DNA of 64,000 nt. Origin: a virus. The notes beneath the pieces are model-generated. The model saw only the letters and a program-made list of their open reading frames with translations. It made no database searches and was not told where the DNA came from. A program made the translations under genes and the position numbers. Position 1 is the stretch's first letter; the number at the start of each line of letters is the position of its first letter. The DNA lies in IMG/VR virus record IMGVR_UViG_3300042305_001986, positions 32,001 to 96,000 of that record, one strand, 5' to 3'. This document shows positions 20,576 through 31,391 of this stretch, in pieces.

Positions 20576-22345
20576 TTATCTTCTCATTCCTCCGAAGAGC
20601 CATAAATATTTCTCTACGTCTTTCTGATTGTAACTTCGATTGGAATCGTTATTTGTTTGACCATAATACGATGGAACACTCGGATTCATAAAGTCAGTTT
20701 TATATTTTACACTTTCATTTACCGTCCAAGAATCAATCATTGCTTTTGCTTGTTCGGTAACCTTTGTGAGTTTGGAAAAACTACTTTCACCAACATATAA
20801 AGCCATAGCAACAGACATAATCAAGTCGTCATGTTGTCCTTTGATATGGTCGGGTCTTCCGTTTATGTAAACAAACGTCAGTAATTCATTATATAATCTT
20901 GATGATCTTATCTTAAACCCGTGTCTAATATATTCTTCAAAAGTTGCAATAATCTGAACCCTTTTGTTGTTAAAATTAATTCCCGGTATTTTCTCTTGTG
21001 CTTTTGGATCATATTTCCATATATCAGTTGATACTTGACCATCAATATAAAGGTTTTTATACCCCAACTCTTGCATCTTCCTTGCAGTTGATACACCCAT
21101 ACCACCCGTAATGTCAATAACCACAAATGCGTTGTATCTTTGTGCCCATTTTAAGGCAATTTCAGCGGCAATATCAGGTGGAACTTTGTCCAAAAATTCA
21201 ACAACCTGTTCTCTTGTATCAAAATCAACTATATTAAAGGTTGTAAAGTCCTCTGAATCACCTCTTGACACATCCACACCCATAATATATTTGTGATCCA
21301 ATATTGGATCCTCCCAAACCCATAACGCCCCTCCCATCATCTTGTCTTTGGGTTCTTTAATATCATTTTTCTTGATTTTTTCCATAGTTCCAGAGTCAAT
21401 GACATTGTCACCCGAACCAAGAAAGTTACACTCCAATTCTTGAGACACCTTTCTTCTATCGTATTTCAACTTCTTAACCATAGTTTCAAACCAAGAAGAA
21501 CAAGGTTTATAACCTTCATTGATTTTTTGAATAACAAATTCAAGATCCAAATCCCAACCCGCACCATCCAACCTAATTACGTGTTCCTCTTCAGAATATT
21601 CTTCTTTATTTAACAAATAATGAACTATATCTTTGGTTTTTACTAAATAAAGGTCTTTGGTATATCTTGGATCTCTATACCAATACATTTCAGATATTTT
21701 GAAATCATTCATACCCCGTAAAGCTTGATCGTAAATTGAATAATAAATTTGATCAAATCCGTTGGGGGTTGAAATAACTATAACTTTACCACCCGTTGAG
21801 AGTGAGGCCATACAAGCCGCCCAGAAATCATCATCAGCTTCAATATATGCCGCCTCGTCGAATACAAGAATAGTTGGGGTATAACCTCTCAATGCGTCTT
21901 TTGATGTTGCAACCGCTTTTACTTCACAACCATTTGTCAATCTGAAGTGACGTTGGGAGTTTTTTTCCGATGAAAAACTAACGCCAAACCAATCGGGCCA
22001 TTGCTCTTGGAACGATCTGATCTTATCTGCCATACCGACGGCAGTATCAAGTTTGTTTGCGATGATCAATATCTTTTCAGGTTTTCCCTTCGGAGCCGTG
22101 ATCAACTTTTTGGAAATCCAAGCTGCGGTGACAGTGGAAACTCCCGCCTGTCTATATTTTAATGCAATATTTTCCTCAAATTTTTCGAAATCCTCAATCA
22201 ATTTCACTTGGTCAGGAAACAACTTCAGGGGTACGAACCCCTGAACTGTTTGATCATAAGTTTTCAAATATGTTTTTAAGGCATATTCAGGACTTTTGAC
22301 ACATTTGGCATATTCTAATAATACCTGTTCTCTTGTTAAACCCAT
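20576..22345 (-). CDS. terL: terminase large subunit (T4 gp17-like)
   Basis: LKYRQAGVST Walker A, ILVFDEAA Walker B, ISTPNG, MGVDVSRG nuclease motif, HDDLIMS. Confidence 0.97.
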   Translation of the reverse strand: MGLTREQVLLEYAKCVKSPEYALKTYLKTYDQTVQGFVPLKLFPDQVKLIEDFEKFEENIALKYRQAGVSTVTAAWISKKLITAPKGKPEKILIIANKLDTAVGMADKIRSFQEQWPDWFGVSFSSEKNSQRHFRLTNGCEVKAVATSKDALRGYTPTILVFDEAAYIEADDDFWAACMASLSTGGKVIVISTPNGFDQIYYSIYDQALRGMNDFKISEMYWYRDPRYTKDLYLVKTKDIVHYLLNKEEYSEEEHVIRLDGAGWDLDLEFVIQKINEGYKPCSSWFETMVKKLKYDRRKVSQELECNFLGSGDNVIDSGTMEKIKKNDIKEPKDKMMGGALWVWEDPILDHKYIMGVDVSRGDSEDFTTFNIVDFDTREQVVEFLDKVPPDIAAEIALKWAQRYNAFVVIDITGGMGVSTARKMQELGYKNLYIDGQVSTDIWKYDPKAQEKIPGINFNNKRVQIIATFEEYIRHGFKIRSSRLYNELLTFVYINGRPDHIKGQHDDLIMSVAMALYVGESSFSKLTKVTEQAKAMIDSWTVNESVKYKTDFMNPSVPSYYGQTNNDSNRSYNQKDVEKYLWLFGGMRR

Positions 22346-22348
22346 CCA

Positions 22349-23638
22349 TTAATTTAAACTTATTCCGAGATTAGAGAGGAAATTATCCAAGTCTTCATCA
22401 TCATCTTCTGAACCCATAGCATCTTCATATTCTTGATCTTTAAGTTCCTGAATTATCTCTTTTACCATTTTGTCTACAATTTGCTTACCTTTTGGTGTTT
22501 CTGCGAGAATTTCTTTCATAGTCTTGAAAAACTCGTCAGTACTCAGAGAGGCAATTCTCGATTTGAGATAGAACTGAATGATTTTCTTGTCTTCGTCAAA
22601 TAGTTCATCAGGATATGCATTTACCAATTTTTCATAAATGATCGGTCCGACTCTCATATCCCAAATTTCATCTGGTAAAGTGTCTGCAACCCCCATAACC
22701 ATTTCTGCCGATCTTGGATCGTCAGGTAAACCCTGAGTCATAACCAAATCGTTCACACCTTTAAGTAATTCATGAATTAAAAGTGGAAACCATGTGGCCT
22801 GTGCTTTTACGGTTGGAGGATCTGTAGTTTCGTCAACTTCCTCTTTACCCATCATTCCTTCACCACTACCTGCCATATTCAACATTTGTTGGTTAGGCAT
22901 AATCCAATATAGATAGTCAGCATATGACATTATAACACCATATAATCTTACCAAATCAGGATTCAATCTATCTAATTCTGGAACTACAAGTTGATACATG
23001 TAGTGACCTTTTTTTGCACCACCCTGAATCAACGCATTTAAAATTCTTCTTTTTGCGGTTTCCGCGTTAAAATTCTCCATAGAATTCATAAATGACATAA
23101 AGTCATCTTGAAAATCTTCTTCTTCGTCCTCTTCACCTCCGAATTGTTTTTCAATTTCATCCTCATCGTACTCTTCTGGTTTAGAACTCATACCTTGTTT
23201 TGAAATTTCACCGGGACTAACTAAGTCCGCTTCAAAATTTACTTGATCTGTAATACCGGTCTCCTTCTTTACTAAATCAATTGCTAAATTTTCCAAATAT
23301 TCTTTGTGACTAGATTGAATCTGTAGAATTCTATTCGATGCACCCATAACCAAAGTCTGTAACTGCATCATACCATTCATTCCCGATAAATTTCTTACAC
23401 CTGTAAGACGTTTCAAGTTTTCGATAACATCCTTAAATCTTTTACTCGCAATAATTTGTTCGAAAGAATCAGGTATTCCATCGTTATTTTTATCGGGAAG
23501 TGCGGGATTTTTACTATAAGGTGTTTCCCCCCTGTTAAAAAGATCTTCCAAAGAAGGATCCATTCTTTCAGGACCATCATATCTTATCGGAGCCTCTAAT
23601 AAAGCCTTTCTTACTGTATTTTTTAAATCCTGTCTCAT
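22349..23638 (-). CDS. hypothetical phage protein (head region)
   Basis: 429 aa; N-terminal VRKALLEA leader; acidic. Confidence 0.75.
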   Translation of the reverse strand: MRQDLKNTVRKALLEAPIRYDGPERMDPSLEDLFNRGETPYSKNPALPDKNNDGIPDSFEQIIASKRFKDVIENLKRLTGVRNLSGMNGMMQLQTLVMGASNRILQIQSSHKEYLENLAIDLVKKETGITDQVNFEADLVSPGEISKQGMSSKPEEYDEDEIEKQFGGEEDEEEDFQDDFMSFMNSMENFNAETAKRRILNALIQGGAKKGHYMYQLVVPELDRLNPDLVRLYGVIMSYADYLYWIMPNQQMLNMAGSGEGMMGKEEVDETTDPPTVKAQATWFPLLIHELLKGVNDLVMTQGLPDDPRSAEMVMGVADTLPDEIWDMRVGPIIYEKLVNAYPDELFDEDKKIIQFYLKSRIASLSTDEFFKTMKEILAETPKGKQIVDKMVKEIIQELKDQEYEDAMGSEDDDEDLDNFLSNLGISLN

Positions 23639-24627
23639 TATTTCTCCGCCTTTGGTTTTGGTTTATGCTTTGGTTGAAATGGAGTTTTTCTTTCAGGTTT
23701 GGATGGTGCGACATCTGGTTTAACAGGCGCCGGTTTTGTAAATGGTTCAGATTCAAAAATTTCTGAATAACTCATCCAATCAGGTAATTCTTTTCCTGCC
23801 TTTGGTTTTGGTTTGTGTTTTGGTTGGAAAGGTGTTTTTCTTTCAGGTCTCGACGGAACAACACCAGGTTCCTTTACAGGTGCGGGTTTTGTTAAAGGTG
23901 CTTCATTAACTAATTTAACTAAGTCACCTTTGGTAATACTCGCAGGAATATGTTTTTTAACAATTTTCATTACACTTTCCTCCAAAGATTTGAGATTATC
24001 TTCTTTCACTTTTTCGGGTAGTTTTTTGAAGTTAGTGTGTTGAGCAAATTCGTCAGCCATATTACACCATTTATTTCTTTCTTTTTTACTTAATGATTCA
24101 TCGTTACATTTGGCAAAAAAGTATTTTTGTTGTGATTTGCTTTGAAATTTTTCTTCAATTTCACCCTTTTCACCATTTGATTTTTTTGATTTAATGATGT
24201 CTAACATAAGATCAATTTCTTCATCAGATAACTCATTCATCATTGATCTATTATTGTCCGAATCATCATCCATACCATCAGGTGCCATGTCGTCAGCATC
24301 ATGTGGTCCTTGTTGACCTGTATAATCTTGTCTTGTGAGAGCAGTCAAATCATCCTGATTTTCTTTCATTTCACCCTCACCCGAAACAACAGTCAAAGAT
24401 CCATCTTGACCTGGAACAACTTCACCATTATTCACAGCCAATCCTGTTCCTTTATTTTTCATAGCTTCAACTTCCCCTTTTGTATAAGTTGTTTTTTTCA
24501 CAACAGAAGTTTGAGCTTCATTCAATATTTTTTTTGCCAAAATATTTCTTTGGTTTTCACTTAAAGAACGAATTGTTTTGATTGAAAAACCTTCATCAAG
24601 TAAGACTTTGATATTTTTTTTGTTCAT
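23638..24627 (-). CDS. hypothetical protein with duplicated Pro/Lys-rich C-terminal motif
   Basis: TKPAPVK..PS.PERKTPFQPKHKPKPKA occurs twice. Confidence 0.75.
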   Translation of the reverse strand: MNKKNIKVLLDEGFSIKTIRSLSENQRNILAKKILNEAQTSVVKKTTYTKGEVEAMKNKGTGLAVNNGEVVPGQDGSLTVVSGEGEMKENQDDLTALTRQDYTGQQGPHDADDMAPDGMDDDSDNNRSMMNELSDEEIDLMLDIIKSKKSNGEKGEIEEKFQSKSQQKYFFAKCNDESLSKKERNKWCNMADEFAQHTNFKKLPEKVKEDNLKSLEESVMKIVKKHIPASITKGDLVKLVNEAPLTKPAPVKEPGVVPSRPERKTPFQPKHKPKPKAGKELPDWMSYSEIFESEPFTKPAPVKPDVAPSKPERKTPFQPKHKPKPKAEK

Positions 24628-25019
24628 GGTGTTTGTAATATTTTTTCCTCTGAAAGAACTATATCTCTTTCGTAAAATTTATCCTTTATTATAGAAATAT
24701 CATCTCCAAATCTAAAGACCAATCTTTGGTTTCCTTCATATCCCGAATCTTCAGATTCCCAAGCCAAAGAAATGACACCATCAACGGCATCGTACATATT
24801 GAAGTAATCAGAATTACGAACAAGTTCCAACTTGATGTCGGAACTGCTCAGTTTTAAAACACAATGAATGAACTCCAATAGGGGAGGAAATGGTCTCCCT
24901 GAGGCGGGACTTACATCCCAATCTTCACCGTAGACCTCTTCGTTTTTTGAGAAAATAAATTCGTATGTGTTATTTCCTTTATAGTCAGGTCCAAGTTCAT
25001 TCACATAAACGAGTTTCAT
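24624..25019 (-). CDS. hypothetical protein
   Basis: 131 aa, ATGA-coupled. Confidence 0.75.
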   Translation of the reverse strand: MKLVYVNELGPDYKGNNTYEFIFSKNEEVYGEDWDVSPASGRPFPPLLEFIHCVLKLSSSDIKLELVRNSDYFNMYDAVDGVISLAWESEDSGYEGNQRLVFRFGDDISIIKDKFYERDIVLSEEKILQTP

Positions 25020-26260
25020 TCCAAAAATCCTTTTTGATTAATTTTGAATTCTTCACCATTAATCTTGACAACGATATTTTTCTTGTTTGTTCTTCCGATT
25101 AACTCAACCTCTTTGAATTCCTTGATGATTTTTTTGGAAGCAACTTCTTGTTCATATGTTGTAGCCATTTTGTTGACTGACTCAATCATAAGTTGTTTCT
25201 TTTTTTCGTTTTTGATTTTGGTTTCCTGAATAACGGATTCACTCAAGTATTTGTTAATAGTTTTTTCAACCTTCGATTCTGCAAATATTGAATCCATAAT
25301 CTTATCTAAGTCACTTTTTGGTTTCTCCATCATATAATCACCGCCCTCACCTAGCTCCTCTGTTTTTTCAGGAGATTCTGGTGTTTCTTCAGTACCCATT
25401 TCCATATCTAATTCCATATCCATTCCACCCCCATCTTCATCCGCGGTAACGTCAACAGATGTATCCTCCAAACCATAATCAATTTCACCCTCCAATCTTT
25501 CAATAACTTCATCTTTATCTTCTTCTTTGAATTTTTCTAAATCCATCGCCGAAAGAATCGAATTAATAACATATTTCATATTCGAAGAGTCCAACCCTTG
25601 GGTAGAATCCAATTCTCTTAATTTTTGAGAGAGTTTGCCTGTAATTTTTTGAATTGTTTTGAAGTCGGTTCCTTCTTCACCTGATGGTGTTTCCATTCCC
25701 ATGTCAGGAGTTTTCTCTGTACCGGCGTCCATACCTAAATCGAAATCTAATTCGGATCCTGTGTCAGATCCTGCATCCATAGATGGTTCTGCCGGCATCT
25801 CCAAGTCAGTTTGAGCTTCTAATCCTGCGTCCATGCCAAGATCTGCAGATGGTTCATCATATGTTGGTTCAGGTGCGGATTTGGGTGTTTTTAAAACAAA
25901 TTTCTTTTGTTCACCAAAAAGATTTGTTTCTTCATTCACACCTTGAGTATAGTTAACCTCACGAGCCAACAAATTCAATCTCTTAAGTGCTTGAGAATAC
26001 GAATTATAATATCGTCTATTCTTCATAGGCTCAATGTATTCCTCAACACCTTCGTTGATAGATTTTTTTATAATATATCCAAGCTTTTCTTTGGCTATGA
26101 CATACTTTACACCATCACTTAATGTTTTGGAATATTCCACGCTAGATACTTCGTTAACTACCTGCTTTGGAACTTCTTTATATCTTGCGATCTCCAAGAT
26201 TCTTCTGATTTTTTCATCCCCTTGAAGTCTTTCGCTTCCTAATGGTCTCAAATCTGACAT
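25016..26260 (-). CDS. acidic hypothetical protein, probable prohead core/internal protein
   Basis: 414 aa; long acidic low-complexity tracts; multiple LxE/IxE sites. Confidence 0.7.
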   Translation of the reverse strand: MSDLRPLGSERLQGDEKIRRILEIARYKEVPKQVVNEVSSVEYSKTLSDGVKYVIAKEKLGYIIKKSINEGVEEYIEPMKNRRYYNSYSQALKRLNLLAREVNYTQGVNEETNLFGEQKKFVLKTPKSAPEPTYDEPSADLGMDAGLEAQTDLEMPAEPSMDAGSDTGSELDFDLGMDAGTEKTPDMGMETPSGEEGTDFKTIQKITGKLSQKLRELDSTQGLDSSNMKYVINSILSAMDLEKFKEEDKDEVIERLEGEIDYGLEDTSVDVTADEDGGGMDMELDMEMGTEETPESPEKTEELGEGGDYMMEKPKSDLDKIMDSIFAESKVEKTINKYLSESVIQETKIKNEKKKQLMIESVNKMATTYEQEVASKKIIKEFKEVELIGRTNKKNIVVKINGEEFKINQKGFLE

Positions 26261-26285
26261 TTGTATTTTTTGTTAATTTTTAATT

Positions 26286-26471
26286 TTATGAATTTAACCC
26301 TCGAAAACCTCCAAGAGTAACGGCGTTACATTGATATGCAATTTCTGTTGTATTATCTCCCTCTGTCCATAATGGAGTAGGAATTGAGTAGAAAGGAGCT
26401 GCGTCATTTCTTGCCACACTTATTCTGTTTACGTTAGCGTAGTTTGATTGAGTACAAGCGGTTATTGCCAT
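26286..26471 (-). CDS. small hypothetical (late) protein
   Basis: 61 aa, TATTTAT upstream. Confidence 0.6.
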   Translation of the reverse strand: MAITACTQSNYANVNRISVARNDAAPFYSIPTPLWTEGDNTTEIAYQCNAVTLGGFRGLNS

Positions 26472-26509
26472 TATAGTTTTTTATAAATAAATATAGAGAT
26501 AAATACAAA

Positions 26510-27268
26510 TTATCTTTTTTTCCTACTATGTGATTCTAAAGAAAGTGTTTTGTCTATAATTTTATTTTTAGCATCAAATAGTTTTTGAATATATCCAGCC
26601 CTCCTCATATATTTAAAAACGAGGTTTTCATATGATTTTTCCCCACCTTTGAGTAATCCTGCGGATCTATATTTTTTCAATTTATCTTTAAAATTATCCA
26701 ATATTTCTATAGCTTTTTTGGGTTCCTCGTCATTTAAATTCAAAAATACGTCATCAAATTGTGAAATAACATTCTTAATTTTTCTCTTTAAAATATCTTT
26801 GTCAATCTGTGTTTCTTCTTTTTTGGGTATTTCAACCCAATCATTATGTAAGATACTGTATACACCAGAAGAATGATGAGGCTCCAATATATCTTGGATA
26901 TAAACTTCCACATCATGTCCATAAATTGTAATATCATGAGTGCTGTTAAATAATGTTTTTTTGAGATTAAAATATTCTTTATATAATTCTTCGTTTCCTT
27001 CCAATTGTTTAAAATCTAAAATAAAATGTAAATCAACATCTGATAAATCAGACCAGTTGAAATTTGCTAAGGATCCTGTCATTGTGATATCAGACAAAAA
27101 TATATCAAGATCTAAATATTCAAAAAACTCTTCACTAATTTTCATGAGTTGTTTTTTGATATTTTCTTTCAAAGTTGAATTATCAGGTGTTTGAGGATTG
27201 TCCCAAAACTTGGGATTCAACTCATCCTTATATAACAAGGTGTCAACAACCTGATTAATTGAATTCAT
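26510..27268 (-). CDS. pol-beta superfamily nucleotidyltransferase
   Basis: TGSLANFNWSDLSDVDLH (GS..DxD) and VEVYIQD. Confidence 0.8.
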   Translation of the reverse strand: MNSINQVVDTLLYKDELNPKFWDNPQTPDNSTLKENIKKQLMKISEEFFEYLDLDIFLSDITMTGSLANFNWSDLSDVDLHFILDFKQLEGNEELYKEYFNLKKTLFNSTHDITIYGHDVEVYIQDILEPHHSSGVYSILHNDWVEIPKKEETQIDKDILKRKIKNVISQFDDVFLNLNDEEPKKAIEILDNFKDKLKKYRSAGLLKGGEKSYENLVFKYMRRAGYIQKLFDAKNKIIDKTLSLESHSRKKR

Positions 27269-27507
27269 TTTTTAGTATATTTGAAAGTTTTGGCGATTTC
27301 TTTATTAAAAAACGATCCTTGTGATTCTGCCATTCTAAATTTTGTATAAATTTGATGTGGAACCTCTTCATAAGAATACACCAATCCATTTTTAAATGTC
27401 ACCTCAAGGTTTTGAGTTTTGGTGTCATAAATTGTTTGATTGATGTTTGAGGATTCAATCTCATTTAAAATCCTTGTTCCTTCTATTTTTTCAGATATTA
27501 TTGCCAT
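27265..27507 (-). CDS. KTSC domain protein
   Basis: SSNI....YD.....LEVTFKNG.VYSY.EVP..IY..F..AESQGSFFN.EI. Confidence 0.88.
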   Translation of the reverse strand: MAIISEKIEGTRILNEIESSNINQTIYDTKTQNLEVTFKNGLVYSYEEVPHQIYTKFRMAESQGSFFNKEIAKTFKYTKK

Positions 27508-27793
27508 TTTTGAAAGGTATTTCTTCTTCTATTATATTGAATTTTGAATAAATATGCTCAAAAAATTTGTTATCGGAAATATCAAACCCATTATTTTGGA
27601 TAATATTTTTAAAATTTAAAATTTCGTCCTGAATTTTGTTCAGTTGATTTCTTAATACTTCAGTATTATCTGACTCGGATGTCAGATCCACACCTTTCTC
27701 ACAAAGGTCATTAAACAAAGTCCTGAAGTTTCTATATTCGGAAAGAAGGACCGAGTCGTCCGTTGTAGAAGATAAATAATCGTTAATATTCAT
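27491..27793 (-). CDS. hypothetical protein
   Basis: 100 aa, TATTTAT upstream. Confidence 0.6.
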   Translation of the reverse strand: MNINDYLSSTTDDSVLLSEYRNFRTLFNDLCEKGVDLTSESDNTEVLRNQLNKIQDEILNFKNIIQNNGFDISDNKFFEHIYSKFNIIEEEIPFKNGNNI

Positions 27794-27816
27794 GATTATA
27801 AATATATCAAGAATTA

Positions 27817-27842
27817 AAAACCCCTCCGTGAGGGAGGGGTTT
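27817..27842 (-). terminator. intrinsic terminator
   Basis: aaaacccctcc-gtgag-ggaggggttt hairpin. Confidence 0.75.
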
Positions 27843-27847
27843 CAATT

Positions 27848-28285
27848 TTACGATTTCAACTTTTTTATTTCATCCCTATATTTTATCGCCGATTCGAAAT
27901 CTTGTTTGGTTACAGAATTATTCAATTTTGTTTCTAACTCTTTGATTTTTTCTTTGTTGGATTCAATAGATTTTATTTTATCCCTCAACTTAGCCGCGGT
28001 TTCATAATCTTGTTTTTCAACAGCACTTTCAAGTTGTTTTTTGAGATCCCATCTTTCACCTGAAGGTTTACTGTTATCATCAGATGTTTTATATATTGTA
28101 GTCACCTGAAATGATCCGTCTTCTGATACAAATGATTCTTTGGTCCAAGATCCATTTTCATCATCTCCCGATTCCACGTTCCTTTTACCTCTGATCATAT
28201 AAGGTGAAGTAAATGAACCGAAATCTTCAAACAAAGAATCAAATTCAGAAAACAAATTGTTAAAGTTAATTTTTTTACGTAACAT
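27848..28285 (-). CDS. tandem UVR (UvrB/UvrC) motif protein
   Basis: Two UVR motifs: LESAVEKQDYETAAKLRDKI and LNNSVTKQDFESAIKYRDEI. Confidence 0.85.
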   Translation of the reverse strand: MLRKKINFNNLFSEFDSLFEDFGSFTSPYMIRGKRNVESGDDENGSWTKESFVSEDGSFQVTTIYKTSDDNSKPSGERWDLKKQLESAVEKQDYETAAKLRDKIKSIESNKEKIKELETKLNNSVTKQDFESAIKYRDEIKKLKS

Positions 28286-28354
28286 TTTATTATTTTTTTA
28301 TTAGTTTATTTCTGAAAATCACTACTTATCAAATTTGTGCCAAACTTCACAAAC

Positions 28355-28397
28355 TGACAAAATGTCATACAAATAAAAAAAACCTGACAAAATTACA
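28355..28397. promoter_or_regulatory. TGACA-N3-TGTCA palindrome plus a degenerate copy in the divergent UVR/clpC intergenic region
   Basis: tgacaaaatgtca at 28355-28367; tgacaaaattaca at 28385-28397. Confidence 0.45.
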
Positions 28398-28443
28398 AAT
28401 ATTGATTTTTTCATGAAAAACATATATTCTTAAAATAAAAAAA

Positions 28444-30462
28444 ATGATTGAAGATATCGACCCAAGCGAATCCAAAAAGGAAAGAAAACCAAAACAAAAT
28501 CCAAACTCAAAAACCCCTGTATTAGATAATTTCTCAAGAGATTTATCCAAACTTGCGGAAGTTGGAGCCTTGGATCCTGTTGTAGGAAGAGATGAAGAAA
28601 TTTTACGGATTGCACAAATTCTTTCAAGAAGAAAGAAAAACAATCCAATTATAATTGGTGAGCCCGGTTGTGGTAAAACCGCCATAGTTGAGGGTCTTGC
28701 TCAAAAGATTTTTGAAGGGGATTGTCCAAGAAACTTATGTGACAAAAGAATCGTTTCTTTGGATATGACATCCATAGTTGCAGGAACAAAATACAGAGGA
28801 CAATTTGAAGAGAGATTAAAGGTGATCTTGGAGGAACTTCAGGAAACCAAAGAAGTTATCGTATTCATCGACGAGATACATAACATCGTGGGCGCGGGAA
28901 ATAGTTCGGGATCTTTGGATGCTTCCAATATCTTTAAACCTGCTTTAGCTCGTGGTGAAATTCAATGTATAGGAGCTACGACATTAGATGAATATAGACA
29001 AAATATTGAAAAAGACGGAGCGTTAGAAAGGAGATTCCAAAAGGTTGTTGTTGAACCACCATCAGTGAAAGAAACGATTCAGATTCTCATGAATATCAAA
29101 GACAAATATGAGGATTTCCATAAAGTAATATATCACGATGACGCAATAACCGCCTGTGTTCGTTTGGCGGACAGATATATTACAAATAGAGAATTTCCTG
29201 ATAAGGCAATTGATATTTTGGATGAACTTGGTGCTAGAAGTCAGGTAACAACAAAACTTCCCGAGTCCATTGAAAAATTAAAAGAAGAAGCTGCGGATAT
29301 CAAAAAACTAAAACTTGAAGTGGTTAAGGCTCAAAGATATGAAGAAGCCGCAAATTTGAGGGATAGAGAGAAAAAAGTCTTGAAAGAACTTGAAGACCAA
29401 AAGAACAAGTTTGAAAAAGAACAAAACACAATAAGAAAAGAGATATCTGAAGATATGGTATATGATGTCGTTGCATCAATCACCAAGATACCAGTATCAA
29501 AATTATCGGCTGATGATGTTGACGCTCTGATAAACTTGGAAAATAATCTCAACGAAAAGGTGATTGGTCAACATGATGCGGTTGAAAAGATTTCAAAAGC
29601 AATCAGAAGAAACCGTCTTGGAATCAAAGACCCAAACAGACCGATTGGTTCATTCATTTTCTTGGGGTCTACAGGGGTTGGAAAAACATATCTAGCAAAA
29701 CAACTTGCAAAACAAGTTTTTGGTGATGCAAATTCTTTGATCAGGGTTGATATGAGTGAATTCCAAGAAAAACATTCTCTCAGTAGATTGATTGGATCAC
29801 CACCGGGTTATGTCGGATACAATGAAGGTGGACAACTAACAGAACAAGTTAAAAATAAACCATATTCTGTTATTTTGTTTGATGAAGTTGAAAAGGCTAA
29901 CAAAGACATATTCTCTTTGATGTTACAAATCTTGGATGACGGATACATCACCGACTCCACAGGACGGCACATCAACTTCAAGAATACTTTGATCATTATG
30001 ACTTCCAACTTGGGTGTTAAAAAATTGATGGAATTTGGAACAGGTGTTGGTTTCAATACAGCATCAAGAGCTGCAAACACAGAGGAAATAAAAAGGGATA
30101 TTCTAAAAAAAGAAGTCAAAAATTACTTTTCACCTGAGTTTTTGAATCGTGTCGATGAGATCGTTCTCTTTAATTCTCTAAATGAAAACGACATTCACAA
30201 AATTATTGAGATCGAGTTTGTTCAACTCAAAGATAGATTAGATGAACTTGGTTATTACATCAACTTCGATGATAGTATATACAAACATATCTCAAAAATT
30301 GGATATGATGAGGAATTCGGAGCACGACCCCTAAAAAGAGCAATACAAGAACAGATTGAAGATTTTATATCCGAAAATGTGTTAAGGAAAAATATAGTTC
30401 TTGATAAAAAATACGAACTATATATGAAAGAGGACAAAGTGACCTTAAGAAAAAAGAGATAA
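28444..30462 (+). CDS. clpC: ClpC-type AAA+ unfoldase lacking the N-terminal Clp repeat domain
   Basis: [14 protein letters not shown] (D1); UVR M-domain [11 protein letters not shown]; [16 protein letters not shown] (D2); VGF ClpP-docking-type loop. Confidence 0.92.
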   Translation: MIEDIDPSESKKERKPKQNPNSKTPVLDNFSRDLSKLAEVGALDPVVGRDEEILRIAQILSRRKKNNPIIIGEPGCGKTAIVEGLAQKIFEGDCPRNLCDKRIVSLDMTSIVAGTKYRGQFEERLKVILEELQETKEVIVFIDEIHNIVGAGNSSGSLDASNIFKPALARGEIQCIGATTLDEYRQNIEKDGALERRFQKVVVEPPSVKETIQILMNIKDKYEDFHKVIYHDDAITACVRLADRYITNREFPDKAIDILDELGARSQVTTKLPESIEKLKEEAADIKKLKLEVVKAQRYEEAANLRDREKKVLKELEDQKNKFEKEQNTIRKEISEDMVYDVVASITKIPVSKLSADDVDALINLENNLNEKVIGQHDAVEKISKAIRRNRLGIKDPNRPIGSFIFLGSTGVGKTYLAKQLAKQVFGDANSLIRVDMSEFQEKHSLSRLIGSPPGYVGYNEGGQLTEQVKNKPYSVILFDEVEKANKDIFSLMLQILDDGYITDSTGRHINFKNTLIIMTSNLGVKKLMEFGTGVGFNTASRAANTEEIKRDILKKEVKNYFSPEFLNRVDEIVLFNSLNENDIHKIIEIEFVQLKDRLDELGYYINFDDSIYKHISKIGYDEEFGARPLKRAIQEQIEDFISENVLRKNIVLDKKYELYMKEDKVTLRKKR

Positions 30463-30494
30463 AAAAAAGTGGGAGAAATCCCACTTTTTTCTTT
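30462..30494. terminator. bidirectional intrinsic terminator
   Basis: aaaaaaagtggga-gaaa-tcccacttttttt. Confidence 0.85.
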
Positions 30495-31278
30495 AGATCC
30501 TTTCACATCCTAACTTATCGTAGATTTCAATACCTGTATTAACAGCATTCTCGACTTCCTCAACAATGATATATTCATTAGGTGTATGATACCTGTGATA
30601 ACCACAAGATAGATTAATCATGTTGATGTGAGGGAATAATTCCTTAAGGGCCTTCACATCAGTATAAGGATGTTTTTGTAACTTGAATTCAGGATTGAAT
30701 GTTTCACTTAAGACGGGTTCCATACGAGTAAAGAATTCAGAGTTACGGTCAAACAATTGGACACCTGAACAATATTCACTCACCATATAGTTCGAAGGAG
30801 CGTCAAACTGAACCACATATCCGACATCGGAGAAAAAGTAATTATCCGCTTCAGAGGATCCGATACATCCGACTTCTTCGGACACAAAAAAGGCAATCTT
30901 GACGTTATCCAAAGATTCGAGTAACTTCAAACACACATAAATACCACACTTGTCATCACCACCAATACCGACATGTTGATCATTAAACATGGAGTACCCC
31001 TGCAAAGCAAGTTTCATCTCTCCATTATCATTTGGTAACATCTTTTCTACAACTCGGATAGGGGTCATAGAATGTACAGTATCGAGGTGGGATACAAAAC
31101 AAGGATAATATTCTGCAATACCTTTGGTTACATAGATATTTGATAAATCATCCGTGTAAAATTCATATCCTCTGCTATACAAAAAATCCGTGATGAAACT
31201 CACCATCAGATCTTCTTGATAAGTTTTAGATGGGACACTGAGTAGTGTTTTGAAAAAATCTAAATCTTGTTGTTTCAT
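30493..31278 (-). CDS. M20/M28-clan zinc peptidase
   Basis: SHLDTVH, GGDDKCG, SEEVGCIGS, QFD, GYHRYHT ligand motifs. Confidence 0.85.
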   Translation of the reverse strand: MKQQDLDFFKTLLSVPSKTYQEDLMVSFITDFLYSRGYEFYTDDLSNIYVTKGIAEYYPCFVSHLDTVHSMTPIRVVEKMLPNDNGEMKLALQGYSMFNDQHVGIGGDDKCGIYVCLKLLESLDNVKIAFFVSEEVGCIGSSEADNYFFSDVGYVVQFDAPSNYMVSEYCSGVQLFDRNSEFFTRMEPVLSETFNPEFKLQKHPYTDVKALKELFPHINMINLSCGYHRYHTPNEYIIVEEVENAVNTGIEIYDKLGCERI

Positions 31279-31339
31279 TATACAAATATATCAAAAAAAA
31301 TCTATTTATTAACAAACTTGTAGAATATTTTTTTGAAAA

Positions 31340-31384
31340 TTTGATTTTATCTAAAAAGAATATGTATATTTGTAGTGTTCTTTG
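31340..31384 (+). promoter_or_regulatory. Bacteroidota-type promoter (-33 TTTG, -7 TAnnTTTG) followed by boxA-like GTTCTTTG
   Basis: tttg 31340, tatatttg 31365-31372, gttctttg 31377-31384. Confidence 0.7.
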
Positions 31385-31391
31385 ATATTAT

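Noticed and set aside
20576-22345. Intein or intron in terL (also checked MCP and portal)
   Set aside because: Continuous ORFs of normal size without splice-junction or endonuclease motifs.
28328-28344. Sigma-54 promoter on the minus strand (TGGCAC...TTGA)
   Set aside because: Spacing is one nucleotide short of -24/-12 and the GC is not conserved.
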